64,000 bases of DNA, from contig CAVXEB010000007.1 in assembly GCA_963760735.1 (NCBI GenBank), positions 62,110-126,109 on the forward strand, read 5' to 3'. The notes beneath the pieces are model-generated. The model worked only from the letters and a program-made list of their open reading frames with translations. It had not been told where the DNA came from and did no database searches. The position numbers and the translations under genes are program-made. Position 1 is the stretch's first letter; every line of letters begins with the position of its first letter. The stretch is from an uncultured Chloroflexia bacterium. Lineage in GTDB: Bacteria > Chloroflexota > Limnocylindria > Limnocylindrales > CSP1-4. Positions 55,152 to 64,000 of the stretch are shown here, one piece after another.

Positions 55152-56014
55152 GGAGTGGGTCCGCCGGCCCGGAGCCGCTCCGCATCCGCTCTGCCGGGGC
55201 GTGGCTCGATCGGCTCGACCTGCCGGACGTCGACGCCCGAGCGCCGCAGCTCGGCGACCATCGCGGCAGAGGCCTCGATGTCGGTGACCACCGAGGTGAG
55301 ATCGGGCGTCCGGCAGAACGTCGCGAAGGCCGTTCGGCCCCACTTGGTGTGGTCGACGAGGCCGACGACCTCGGATGCGCCTTCGACCATGAGGCGCTTG
55401 ATCTGCGCCTCCTCCTCGGTCGCGTCACTGAGCCCCGCGTCGATCGCGAACCCGGCCGCACCCATGAACGCCTTCTGGACGTTGACCTTCTCGAACAGAC
55501 CGGCGCCGAGCGGGCCGACGAGGCTGAGCGCCTCCCACCGGACGAAGCCGGCCGGCATCGCGACGGTGATGCCGGGATGACCGGCGAGCTCCGACGCGAT
55601 CCGGAGTCCGTTCGTGATCACGGTCAGGTGCAGCCAGCTGCCGCGGGCCTTGAGATGGCGGGCGAGCGCGAGGGCCGTCGTGCTGGCGTCCAGCGCGATG
55701 CTCTCACCGTCGACGACCATCGCTGCGCCTTCACGCCCGATCGCGTCCTTCTCGGCTCGCTGGATCCGCTCGCGCACGTCGAACGCGCGCTCGGCGCCCC
55801 GTCCGACCGCCACGGCCCCGCCATGCGTCCGAACCAGCCGTCGCTGCTGCTCGAGCGTGGCGAGATCCTTGCGGATCGTCACGTGCGACACGGCGAACCT
55901 GGCGGCGAGGTCCGCGACACGGGCACGGCCGTGCTCCTCGACGATTCGGGCGATGTATTCCTGGCGCTCTTCGGCGAAGACCTCGCCGGGCCGGGGGTCG
56001 CTCGTCACAGGCAT
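55145..56014 (-). CDS. DeoR/GlpR-family transcriptional regulator
   Basis: 289-aa track ORF. HTH VADLAARFAVSHVTIRKDLATLEQQRRLVRTHGGA plus a DeoR C-terminal sensor domain. First gene of the transporter operon. Confidence 0.9.
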   Translation of the reverse strand: MPVTSDPRPGEVFAEERQEYIARIVEEHGRARVADLAARFAVSHVTIRKDLATLEQQRRLVRTHGGAVAVGRGAERAFDVRERIQRAEKDAIGREGAAMVVDGESIALDASTTALALARHLKARGSWLHLTVITNGLRIASELAGHPGITVAMPAGFVRWEALSLVGPLGAGLFEKVNVQKAFMGAAGFAIDAGLSDATEEEAQIKRLMVEGASEVVGLVDHTKWGRTAFATFCRTPDLTSVVTDIEASAAMVAELRRSGVDVRQVEPIEPRPGRADAERLRAGGPTPW

Positions 56015-56062
56015 CCCTGGTTGCGTGGATGTCGCAGGTTGGGTTGCGGAGCGTGACCGTAC

Positions 56063-56110
56063 GGAAACGAAATCGAAAAGTCAACAAGGTAATTGAAATC
56101 AATCGAAACC
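56063..56110. promoter_or_regulatory. AT-rich divergent promoter/operator island with direct repeats
   Basis: ggaaacgAAATCGAAAagtcaacaaggtaattgAAATCAATCGAAAcc. AATCGAAA at 56071..56078 and 56101..56108 (30 nt apart). This is the only low-GC stretch between the deoR operon and rhaI. Confidence 0.45.
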
Positions 56111-56339
56111 TGTGGCAGGCTAGGCGTCGCGCCCGGATCGCTCCTCCGATCGCCGCCAACGGACGGCTCCCAGCCGCGGTCCAGGGCACGACCAGGCCGG
56201 CTGCGCCCGGGTGCCGTCTCCTCCGCATCCCGGGCGCGGCAGCCGGTCCGGTCGGGGACATCGGGCCGTGTCAACCCACTACGATCAGGCTCGCCGAGAC
56301 GGCCCAACGGGCACGGCCGGTGAGGCGACGGAGGCAGAC

Positions 56340-57506
56340 GTGACCAGTGACCCAGCCGTCGTCGCGACCCTCCGGTCGCAGCGGATCGAGCTGCCCTCAT
56401 GGGCGTTCGGCAACTCCGGGACCCGGTTCAAGGTCTTCGCCCAGAAGGGCGTCCCGCGCGACCCCTACGAGAAGGTCGCCGATGCGGCCCAGGTCAACGC
56501 GTTCACCGGCGTCGCGCCGACCGTCGCCCTCCACATTCCGTGGGACAAGGTCGACGACTACGCCCACCTCGCCCGCCACGCCGCGGACTGCGGCGTCGCC
56601 CTCGGGACGATCAACTCGAACACGTTCCAGGACGACGACTACATGCTCGGGAGCGTCTGCCACCCAGATCCGCGGGTCCGGCGGAAGGCAGTCGACCACC
56701 TCCTCGAGTGCATCGACATCATGGACGCGACCGGCTCCCGCGATCTCAAGCTGTGGTTCGCCGACGGCACCAACTATCCTGGCCAGGACGACATCCGCGG
56801 CCGCCAGGACCGTCTCGCCGAGTCGCTCGCTCTCGTCTACGCCCGGCTCGGCGCCGAGCAGCGGATCGTCCTCGAGTACAAGCTGTTCGAGCCGTCGTTC
56901 TACACGACGGACGTCCCGGACTGGGGCACCGCGCTGATCCACTGCCTGGCACTCGGCGAGAAGGCGAAAGTCGTCGTCGACACGGGCCACCACGCGCCGG
57001 GCACGAACATCGAGTTCATCGTGGCGTCCCTGCTCCGCCTCGATCGTCTCGGCGCCTTCGACTTCAACTCGCGCTTCTACGCGGATGACGACCTGATGGT
57101 CGGCGCCGCCGATCCGTTCCAACTGTTCCGGATCATGGTCGAGGTCGTCGGCGCGGGCGGCCTGGACCCGGCGGTCGGGGTGGCGTTCATGCTCGACCAG
57201 TGCCACAACATCGAGCCGAAGATCCCGGGCCAGATCCGGTCGGTGATGAACGTCCAGGAAGCGACGGCGAAGGCCCTGCTCGTCGACCGCGACGCGCTCA
57301 CGGACGCACAGCGGAGCGGCGACGTCCTCGGCGCGCACGCGGTCGTGATGGACGCGTTCAACACCGACGTCCGGCCCCTCCTCGCCGAGGTCCGCGAGGG
57401 GCTGGAGCTGGATCCGGACCCGATGGTCGCCTACGCCCGCTCCGGATACGCCGAGCGGATCGCCGCGGAGCGCATCGGCGGCCAGCAGGCGGGCTGGGGC
57501 GCATGA
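56340..57506 (+). CDS. rhaI: L-rhamnose isomerase, RhaI type (xylose-isomerase-like TIM barrel)
   Basis: GTG 56340 after GGAGGcagac, in frame in track ORF 56211..57506. ELPSWAFGNSGTRFKVF...DTGHHAPGTNIE. Adjacent to rhaEW and rhaB. Confidence 0.88.
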   Translation: MTSDPAVVATLRSQRIELPSWAFGNSGTRFKVFAQKGVPRDPYEKVADAAQVNAFTGVAPTVALHIPWDKVDDYAHLARHAADCGVALGTINSNTFQDDDYMLGSVCHPDPRVRRKAVDHLLECIDIMDATGSRDLKLWFADGTNYPGQDDIRGRQDRLAESLALVYARLGAEQRIVLEYKLFEPSFYTTDVPDWGTALIHCLALGEKAKVVVDTGHHAPGTNIEFIVASLLRLDRLGAFDFNSRFYADDDLMVGAADPFQLFRIMVEVVGAGGLDPAVGVAFMLDQCHNIEPKIPGQIRSVMNVQEATAKALLVDRDALTDAQRSGDVLGAHAVVMDAFNTDVRPLLAEVREGLELDPDPMVAYARSGYAERIAAERIGGQQAGWGA

Positions 57507-59563
57507 GCCTGAAGCCGACGAGCATCGACGCCCGGCGCGTCGTCGACGCGCTGGTCGAGCGATCGAACCGCCTCGGCTCGGATCCGCGCAACACGAACTT
57601 CGCCGGCGGCAACACCTCGGCCAAGGGCTGGGCGGTCGACCCGGTCACCAGCGAGCCCGTGGAGCTCCTCTGGGTCAAGGGCTCCGGCGGCGACCTCGGG
57701 ACGCTGACCGAGGCAGGTCTCGCGGTCCTCCGGCTCGACCGGCTCCGCGCGCTCCAGCAAACCTATCCGGGAGTCGAGCGCGAGGACGAGATGGTCGGCG
57801 CGTTCGACTTCTGCCTTCACGGCCGGGGCGGCGCGGCTCCGTCGATCGACACCGCGATGCACGGCCTGCTCGACGCGGACCACGTCGACCACCTCCACCC
57901 GGACTCCGGCATCGCGCTTGCGACGGCGGCCGACGGGCCCGAGCTCACCCGGCGCTGCTTCGGCGACCGGGTCGCCTGGGTCGACTGGCGACGACCCGGC
58001 TTCCAGCTGGCGCTCGACATCGCGGAGATCCGGCGGAGCCGGCCGGAGGCGATCGGGGCGATCCTCGGCGGACACGGGATCACGGCCTGGGGCGCCAGCT
58101 CGGCGGAGTGCGAGAGCCGGTCCCTCGACATGATCCGGACCGCCGAGGCGTTCATCGTCGAGCACGGACGGACGGACCCGTTCGGACCCGTGCTCGCCGG
58201 GTTCGGGGCCTTGCCGCCGGACGCGCGGCGGCGCCGCGCCGCGGCCCTCTTCCCGTTGATCCGCGGCCTCGCATCGACCGACCGGCCGCAGGTCGGCCAC
58301 TTCGACGACAGTGACGTCGTCCTCGACTTCCTCTCCCGGTCCGAGCATCCGCGGCTCGCCGCGCTCGGCACGTCGTGCCCGGATCACTTCCTCCGGACGA
58401 AGGTGCGGCCGCTCGTCCTCGACCAGCCGCCGACCGCCGACCTCGACGCCGCCAACGCCCGCCTCCGGGAGCTGCACGAGGCCTACCGCACCGACTACCG
58501 CCGCTACTACGAGCAGTTCGCGACCGCGGACAGCCCGCCGATCCGCGGCGCCGACCCGGCGATCGTTCTCGTGCCCGGTGTCGGGATGTTCTCGTTCGGC
58601 GCCGACGCGCAGACCGCCCGGGTTGCCGGCGAGTTCTTCGTCAACGCCATCCACGTGATGGCCGGAGCCGAGTCGCTCTCGACGTACGCCCCGATCCCGG
58701 AGTCCGAGAAGTTCCGGATCGAGTACTGGGCGCTCGAGGAGGCGAAGCTCGCCCGGCTGCCGAAGCCGCGACCGCTCGCGACGAAGGTCGCCTTCGTCAC
58801 CGGCGCGGGATCCGGGATCGGCAAGGCAATCGCTCACCGGCTCGCGGCCGAGGGCGCCTGCGTGGTCGTCGCCGACATCGACGGTGCCAGCGCGGACGCC
58901 GTTGCCGACGAGCTGGGCGGCCCGGACCGCGCGATCAGCGTCGTCGCCGATGTGACCGATGAGGCCCAGGTCGTCGCGGCGTTCGAGCGGGCGACGCTCG
59001 CGTACGGCGGGATCGACATCGTCGTGAACAACGCCGGCCTGTCCATCTCGAAGCCGCTGCTCGAGACGACCGCCCGTGACTGGGACCTCCAGCACGACGT
59101 GATGGCCCGCGGCTCGTTCCTCGTCTCGCGCGAGGCGGCCCGGATCCTCATCAAGCAGGGCACGGGCGGAGACCTCGTCTACATCGTGAGCAAGAACGCC
59201 CTGTTCGCGGGCCCGAACAACGTCGCCTACGGCTCGGCCAAGGCCGACCAGGCCCACCAGGTCCGGCTGCTCGCCGCGGAGCTCGGGCAGTACGGGATCC
59301 GGGTCAACGGGGTGAATCCCGACGGCGTCGTCCGCGGTTCGGGGATCTTCGCCAAGGGCTGGGGCGCGGACCGCGCCCGGACCTACGGCATCCCGGAGGA
59401 CAAGCTTGGCGAGTTCTACGCCCAGCGGACGCTCCTCAAACGGGAGGTCCTCCCGGAGCACGTCGCCGCGGCGGTGTTCGCCCTGACCGGCGGCGACCTG
59501 AGCCAGACGACGGGCCTCCACATCCCGGTCGACGCGGGAGTCGCGGCCGCGTTCCTGCGGTGA
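57503..59563 (+). CDS. rhaEW: Bifunctional rhamnulose-1-phosphate aldolase / short-chain dehydrogenase (lactaldehyde dehydrogenase)
   Basis: ATG 57503 overlaps the rhaI TGA (ATGA). N-terminal class II aldolase-like domain. C-terminal SDR with TGAGSGIGKA and YGSAKAD (YxxxK). Confidence 0.9.
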   Translation: MSLKPTSIDARRVVDALVERSNRLGSDPRNTNFAGGNTSAKGWAVDPVTSEPVELLWVKGSGGDLGTLTEAGLAVLRLDRLRALQQTYPGVEREDEMVGAFDFCLHGRGGAAPSIDTAMHGLLDADHVDHLHPDSGIALATAADGPELTRRCFGDRVAWVDWRRPGFQLALDIAEIRRSRPEAIGAILGGHGITAWGASSAECESRSLDMIRTAEAFIVEHGRTDPFGPVLAGFGALPPDARRRRAAALFPLIRGLASTDRPQVGHFDDSDVVLDFLSRSEHPRLAALGTSCPDHFLRTKVRPLVLDQPPTADLDAANARLRELHEAYRTDYRRYYEQFATADSPPIRGADPAIVLVPGVGMFSFGADAQTARVAGEFFVNAIHVMAGAESLSTYAPIPESEKFRIEYWALEEAKLARLPKPRPLATKVAFVTGAGSGIGKAIAHRLAAEGACVVVADIDGASADAVADELGGPDRAISVVADVTDEAQVVAAFERATLAYGGIDIVVNNAGLSISKPLLETTARDWDLQHDVMARGSFLVSREAARILIKQGTGGDLVYIVSKNALFAGPNNVAYGSAKADQAHQVRLLAAELGQYGIRVNGVNPDGVVRGSGIFAKGWGADRARTYGIPEDKLGEFYAQRTLLKREVLPEHVAAAVFALTGGDLSQTTGLHIPVDAGVAAAFLR

Positions 59564-61020
59564 GCGACCGGCCGCGACCCGCCGGGGCGGTCGTCGCGGT
59601 CGACCTCGGCGCGTCGTCCGGTCGAGTCGTCCTGGGACGCGTCGGTCCCGGCGTCCTCGAGCTGACCGAGGTCCACCGCTTCGCGAACGATCCGGTCCGG
59701 CTGCCGGACGGCCTCCATTGGGACGCCGAGGGGCTCCACCGGGCCATCCTCGAGGGGCTGCGCCTGGCCGCCGGGCAGGCGCCGGACATCTTCGGCGTCG
59801 GGATCGACACATGGGGCGTCGACTACGGCCTCGTCGACGCGGACGGCCGCCTGGTCGGCCCGCCGTTCCACTATCGCGACGAGCGGACGGCGCGAGGGAT
59901 GGCGGCCGTGCACGCCGCGATCCCGCCCGAGGCCCTCTACGCCAGGACCGGCCTGCAGGTGATGCCGTTCAACACGATCTACCAGCTGGCCGCCGCGCGC
60001 GGGACGCCCGAGCTCGAGGCGGCCGCGACGATGCTGCTGATGCCCGACCTGTTCGGCTCATGGCTGTCCGGCGTGCGGGTGACGGAGACCACGAACGCGT
60101 CGACGACGGGCCTGTTCGACCTGACGCGTGGCGAGTGGATGCCGGACCTCGCGGCGGAGCTGGGGATCCCGCCACGGATCCTCGCGCCGTTGCGGACGCC
60201 GGGCGAGCGGCTCGGCCCGCTCCTGCCGGAGGTCCGGACGGCGACGGGCCTCGGGCCTGCCGTGGAGCTGACCCTCGTCGGCTCGCACGACACCGCCTCG
60301 GCGGTCGTCGCCGTCCCGATCGAGGCCGGGGACGCGGCGTGGATCTCGTGCGGGACCTGGGGCCTCGTCGGGATCGAGCTGGACGCCCCGGTCCGGTCAG
60401 AGGCGAGCCGCGAGGCGAACTTCACGAACGAGGGCGGCGTCGACAGCCGCGTCCGGTACCTGCGGAACGTCACCGGCCTGTGGCTCCTCCAGGAGTCGAT
60501 CCGGACATGGGAGCAGGATGGGTCGATCGTCGACCTTGAGCCGTTGTTGGCCGAAGCGGCCACGCTCCCAGCCGGCGGCCCCCGAATCGACCCGAACGAC
60601 CCGGCGTTCTATCCGCCCGGCGACATGCCCACCCGGATCATCACCGCGTCCAACCGGCTGGACGGGCGCGAGCCGGCTGGACGCCCGGCGGTCGTCCGCT
60701 GCATCCTTGACAGCCTCGCCGCCGCGTTCGCCGACAGCGTGGCGAAGGCGGCCCGCCTGACGGGTCGTCGAGTCGGGGTCGTCCACGTCGTCGGTGGAGG
60801 GAGCCGGAACGCGTTGCTCTGCCAGCTGATCGCCGATGCCTCCGGCCTTCCGGTCGTGGCCGGCCCTGTCGAGGCGACCGCGATCGGGAACATCCTCGTC
60901 CAGGCCCGGGCCCACGGACTGCTCGACGGCGATCTCGGCGCACTTCGCGCGCTCGTCCGGGCCACCCAGCCGCTCCGCCGGTATGAGCCCCGCCGCCGCC
61001 CCATCGCACCGGTAGGCTAG
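59560..61020 (+). CDS. rhaB: Rhamnulokinase (FGGY family)
   Basis: GTG overlaps the previous TGA (GTGA). AVDLGASSGRV, GIDTWGVDYGLVD, VVGGGSRN. Confidence 0.9.
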   Translation: MSDRPRPAGAVVAVDLGASSGRVVLGRVGPGVLELTEVHRFANDPVRLPDGLHWDAEGLHRAILEGLRLAAGQAPDIFGVGIDTWGVDYGLVDADGRLVGPPFHYRDERTARGMAAVHAAIPPEALYARTGLQVMPFNTIYQLAAARGTPELEAAATMLLMPDLFGSWLSGVRVTETTNASTTGLFDLTRGEWMPDLAAELGIPPRILAPLRTPGERLGPLLPEVRTATGLGPAVELTLVGSHDTASAVVAVPIEAGDAAWISCGTWGLVGIELDAPVRSEASREANFTNEGGVDSRVRYLRNVTGLWLLQESIRTWEQDGSIVDLEPLLAEAATLPAGGPRIDPNDPAFYPPGDMPTRIITASNRLDGREPAGRPAVVRCILDSLAAAFADSVAKAARLTGRRVGVVHVVGGGSRNALLCQLIADASGLPVVAGPVEATAIGNILVQARAHGLLDGDLGALRALVRATQPLRRYEPRRRPIAPVG

Positions 61021-61024
61021 CGAC

Positions 61025-62242
61025 ATGCCCCGTCGCCGCGTTCCGCGCCCGTCCGAGCTGCGTCCGTATCTGCGGACGGGTCCCGTCCGCCTGTGGCCGA
61101 TCGAGCGGCGGCTGGCCGCGGCGGCGACCATCTGGGACCTGCGCTCGGTCGCCCGCAGACACGTCCCTCGGGCCGTGTTCGACTACACCGACGGCGCGGC
61201 CGAGACCGAGACGAGCCTGCAGCGGTCCCGCGACGCATTCAAGCGTGTCGAGTTCGTCCCCCGCGTCCTCCGCGACGTGTCCACCGTCGACCTCTCGACC
61301 ACAATCCTCGGGCGCCCATCGACGATGCCGCTCGTCTTCGCACCCACCGGGTTCACCCGGCTGATGCACGCGGAGGGCGAGCCGTCGGTGGGGCGCGTCG
61401 CCGCCCGGATGGGCCTCCCGTACGCCCTCTCCACGCTCGGGACGACCTCACCCGAGGACCTGTCAGCGGCCCTTCCCGGCGCCGACCTGTGGTTCCAGCT
61501 GTACATCTGGAACGACCGGGACGCCGTGCTCGGGCTCGTGCGGCGGGCGCGGGCGGCCGGCTTCCGAGTGCTGGTCCTGACCGTCGACACGCCGGTCGCA
61601 GGCGCGCGGCTGCGGGACGTCCACAACGGGTTCACGATCCCGCCGACGCTCTCGGTCCGGACGCTGATCGACATCGGGCTCCACCCGGGCTGGTGGTTCG
61701 ACAAGCTGACCACCGAGCCGCTCCAGTTCGCCGTGTTCACCGAGACCGGCGGCACCGTCGCCGACCTGATCAACCGGGTGTTCGACCCCACGATCACGAT
61801 TGCCGACCTCTCCTGGATGCGTGAGGAGTGGGACGGGCCGATCGTCATCAAGGGGATCCAGACCCCCGAAGACGCCTCCGCGGTCGTCGATGCGGGCGCG
61901 GACGGGATCATCGTCTCGAACCACGGCGGCCGCCAGCTCGACCGGGCGTCGACGCCCCTCGAGCAGCTCGCGCCGATACGTGGCGCCATCGGCCGACGCG
62001 CGGAGGTGTACCTCGACGGCGGGGTCCTCTCCGGATCCGACGTGATTGCGGCCGTGGCACTCGGCGCCGACGCGGTGCTGGTGGGGCGCGCCTACCTGTA
62101 CGGGCTCATGGCCGGTGGTGAGCGGGGGGTTGCCCGGGCTGGGGAGATCCTCCGGAAGGAGGCCGTCCGGACGATGCAGCTGCTCGGCGTGTCCCGCCTG
62201 GCCGACCTGGACGGGTCGAGCGCCCGGCTGCGCGACCGCTGA
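61025..62242 (+). CDS. FMN-dependent alpha-hydroxy-acid (L-lactate) dehydrogenase/oxidase
   Basis: 405-aa track ORF. SNHGGRQLD, LDGGVLSGSDV. 4 nt after rhaB. Confidence 0.88.
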   Translation: MPRRRVPRPSELRPYLRTGPVRLWPIERRLAAAATIWDLRSVARRHVPRAVFDYTDGAAETETSLQRSRDAFKRVEFVPRVLRDVSTVDLSTTILGRPSTMPLVFAPTGFTRLMHAEGEPSVGRVAARMGLPYALSTLGTTSPEDLSAALPGADLWFQLYIWNDRDAVLGLVRRARAAGFRVLVLTVDTPVAGARLRDVHNGFTIPPTLSVRTLIDIGLHPGWWFDKLTTEPLQFAVFTETGGTVADLINRVFDPTITIADLSWMREEWDGPIVIKGIQTPEDASAVVDAGADGIIVSNHGGRQLDRASTPLEQLAPIRGAIGRRAEVYLDGGVLSGSDVIAAVALGADAVLVGRAYLYGLMAGGERGVARAGEILRKEAVRTMQLLGVSRLADLDGSSARLRDR

Positions 62243-62254
62243 CCGGCTCGCGCG

Positions 62255-63346
62255 CTACGCCGCGCCCGCCTCCAGGTCGAGGAGGAGCGCCGCGAGCTCG
62301 CGCGCGTTCGTCGTCCCGTAGTTCGCGTAGCAGTTGTTGAAGAGCGCGTGGGTCTCCTTCGCCTGCGACGCGACGTCGCGAACGCGCGGCACCCATTCAG
62401 ACAGCTCGTCGCGGGAGTACAGGTAGCGGAAGCGCTCGGCCGGGGTGATGCCCTTCGCCTCCCAGGTCTCGGCGTTGCGGCCGTGGAACCGGACGATCGC
62501 GAGGTCCGGCGACGTCACCACCACCTCCGGCGGGACGCTGCTCTTGAACCCCTGCGGCTCGTCGACCATCACGAACGGGATCGACCGCTCCGAGAGGAAG
62601 GCGAGGGTCCGGTCCCGGTTCTTGTCGTTGAGCCACGACCCGTTCCGGAACTCGACCGCGACCTTCCAGCCGTCCAGCCGCTCCACCGCGTCGTCGATCA
62701 GCGCCCGGTTCTCGTTCGAGGGGAACACCCACTTCGGGTACTGGAGGAGGATCGACCCGAGCTGGCCGCGCTCGTCGAGCGGCGCCAGCGCCGATCGGAA
62801 CGTCCGCCAGACCTCGGCGTTCAGCTCCTCGGGAAAGTCCTTCAGGTAGATCCGGCTCTTCGCCTGGAGCTCCTCGGGCAGCGCCTCGCGGATGGCCTTC
62901 GGCAGCCGCTTCGTCTCGGTCCCCTGCCCCGTCATCAGGGCGTGCGCCTTGATGTCGAACGTGAAGTCCGGCGGCGTCCGCTCCGCCCAGAGCTGCGCCG
63001 TCCGCTCCGCCGGCAGGGCGTAATAGGTCGCGTCGACCTCGACGACCGGGAACGTCGAGGCGTAGTACTGGAGGCGATCCTCGGCACGATCCGCGCCGAT
63101 CGGGTAGAACACGCCAGACGCGGTCATCGTCGGGTCCGTCCAGGATGCCGTTCCGATGAGGATCCGGCCGCCCGCGTCGATCGGCTCCGAGGCCGCCGTC
63201 TCGATGGGGGCGGCTCGGGAGGAGGCCGTGTCACTGCCCGGATCGTGGTCCGTGACGTCTGGGGAGACGGAACGCGTGGAGGTGGGCATGCCCGGATCGT
63301 ACGGGACGATGGCGTCGGAAGCGGTCAACAATCGGGCGATCGGCAT
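62255..63346 (-). CDS. DUF72 family protein
   Basis: LIGTASWTDP...YYASTFPVVEVDATYY...LLQYP. The ~60-aa N-terminal extension is unusual, so the true start may be downstream (e.g. ATG 63289). Confidence 0.75.
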   Translation of the reverse strand: MPIARLLTASDAIVPYDPGMPTSTRSVSPDVTDHDPGSDTASSRAAPIETAASEPIDAGGRILIGTASWTDPTMTASGVFYPIGADRAEDRLQYYASTFPVVEVDATYYALPAERTAQLWAERTPPDFTFDIKAHALMTGQGTETKRLPKAIREALPEELQAKSRIYLKDFPEELNAEVWRTFRSALAPLDERGQLGSILLQYPKWVFPSNENRALIDDAVERLDGWKVAVEFRNGSWLNDKNRDRTLAFLSERSIPFVMVDEPQGFKSSVPPEVVVTSPDLAIVRFHGRNAETWEAKGITPAERFRYLYSRDELSEWVPRVRDVASQAKETHALFNNCYANYGTTNARELAALLLDLEAGAA

Positions 63347-63416
63347 TGCGTGACGGTTGCGCGGTCCGAAACGACGCGCGTCCGGTTCCCGAACGCTCGC
63401 CTAAGGTCCGCCAGCG

Positions 63417-64000
63417 ATGATCGACCCTTCCGCGGGGACCCCGGAGATCCGGATCACGGATCTGAGCAAGCACTTCCGGGACGTCCGAGCGGTCGACGGC
63501 GTCTCGCTCGACATCCGCACCGGCGAGTTCTTCTCGATGCTGGGGCCGAGCGGCTGCGGCAAGACGACGACGCTGCGGATGATCGGCGGGTTCGAGCTCC
63601 CGACCGCCGGCCGGATCGAGCTCCGCGGTCGCGACGTGACGACCGATCCGCCCGACAAGCGGCCGGTCAACATGGTCTTCCAGAACTACGCCCTGTTCCC
63701 CCACCTCGACGTCGCCAGCAACATCGCGTTCGGGCTCCAGCGGCGAGGCGTCGACAAGGACCAGATCCGGCGTCGCGTGGGCGAGGCCCTCGACCTCGTC
63801 CACCTCACCGGCTACGACAAGCGCAAGCCGAACCAGCTGTCCGGCGGTCAGCAGCAGCGCGTGGCCCTCGCCCGGGCCCTCGTGAACCGGCCGCAGGTGC
63901 TTCTCCTCGACGAGCCGCTCGGCGCCCTCGACCTGAAGCTCCGGAAGGCCCTCCAGATCGAGCTGAAGCGCGTCCAGTCCGAGGTCGGGATCACGTTCGT
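63417..64000 (+). CDS. ABC transporter ATP-binding protein (PotA/spermidine-putrescine-like), 3' end outside window
   Basis: Own translation from ATG 63417: [60 protein letters not shown]...[15 protein letters not shown]...[11 protein letters not shown]. Not in the track because there is no stop in the window. Confidence 0.85.
   Translation, partial: MIDPSAGTPEIRITDLSKHFRDVRAVDGVSLDIRTGEFFSMLGPSGCGKTTTLRMIGGFELPTAGRIELRGRDVTTDPPDKRPVNMVFQNYALFPHLDVASNIAFGLQRRGVDKDQIRRRVGEALDLVHLTGYDKRKPNQLSGGQQQRVALARALVNRPQVLLLDEPLGALDLKLRKALQIELKRVQSEVGITF

Noticed and set aside
1-64000. Search by eye for mobile elements, CRISPR arrays, toxin-antitoxin or defence modules, rRNA and prophage genes
   Set aside because: None found. 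There are no integrase, transposase, recombinase or Cas-like translations in the ORF track, no short regularly spaced repeats, and no compositionally foreign block apart from short AT-rich promoter islands.

Overview
Very GC-rich bacterial chromosomal segment. Gene content looks Actinobacteria/Chloroflexi-like: Ni-superoxide dismutase sodN+sodX, F420-type LLM oxidoreductases, and a RhaI/RhaEW-type rhamnose pathway. I can support about 55 protein-coding genes, plus several hairpins, palindromes and one repeat pair. I saw no rRNA, complete tRNA, CRISPR array, integrase/transposase/phage gene or recognisable defence gene, so this reads as core-metabolic DNA, not an accessory island.

Layout:
(i) 0.4-23.4 kb is an unusually dense alpha-glucan/glycogen neighbourhood. 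It holds glgA, glgP, two GH13 amylases, a maltodextrin-type ABC transporter with a LacI-family regulator, a translationally coupled GH57 + GH57-like (DUF3536-type) pair, and a 1034-aa GH13-like protein next to a GntR regulator.
(ii) 23-50 kb is mixed housekeeping: DUF885, GNAT, lysA, a TPM/DUF2207 membrane protein, two class-V aminotransferases, an SPFH-LysM operon, sodN-sodX, two LLM oxidoreductases, a SIS protein, a marR-MFS pair, Rieske, LOG, ACT proteins, DinB, aldehyde dehydrogenase and exonuclease III.
(iii) 50-62 kb is a complete L-rhamnose locus: deoR-rhaT-rhaP-rhaQ-rhaS-rhaM divergent from rhaI-rhaEW-rhaB-lldD-like.

Most noteworthy observations:
(a) About 30 single-base frameshifts are packed into 7.56-11.9 kb (amylase + MalG/MalF/MalE-like operon), while flanking genes are clean. 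Five isolated frameshifts occur elsewhere (lacI-like, htpX, a lipoprotein, SIS, MFS).
(b) AAACCGGTT palindromes link the glgA/glgP spacer with the lacI/GH57 spacer.
(c) A ~120-nt repeat pair (~86% identical by hand alignment) abuts the stop codons of aldH and dinB.
(d) A 447-nt structured spacer upstream of sodN contains a perfect tRNA T-arm-like hairpin but no tRNA.

I do not see a clearly novel multi-gene system here; the findings list the best follow-up candidates. All family names come from my own motif recognition, not database searches.
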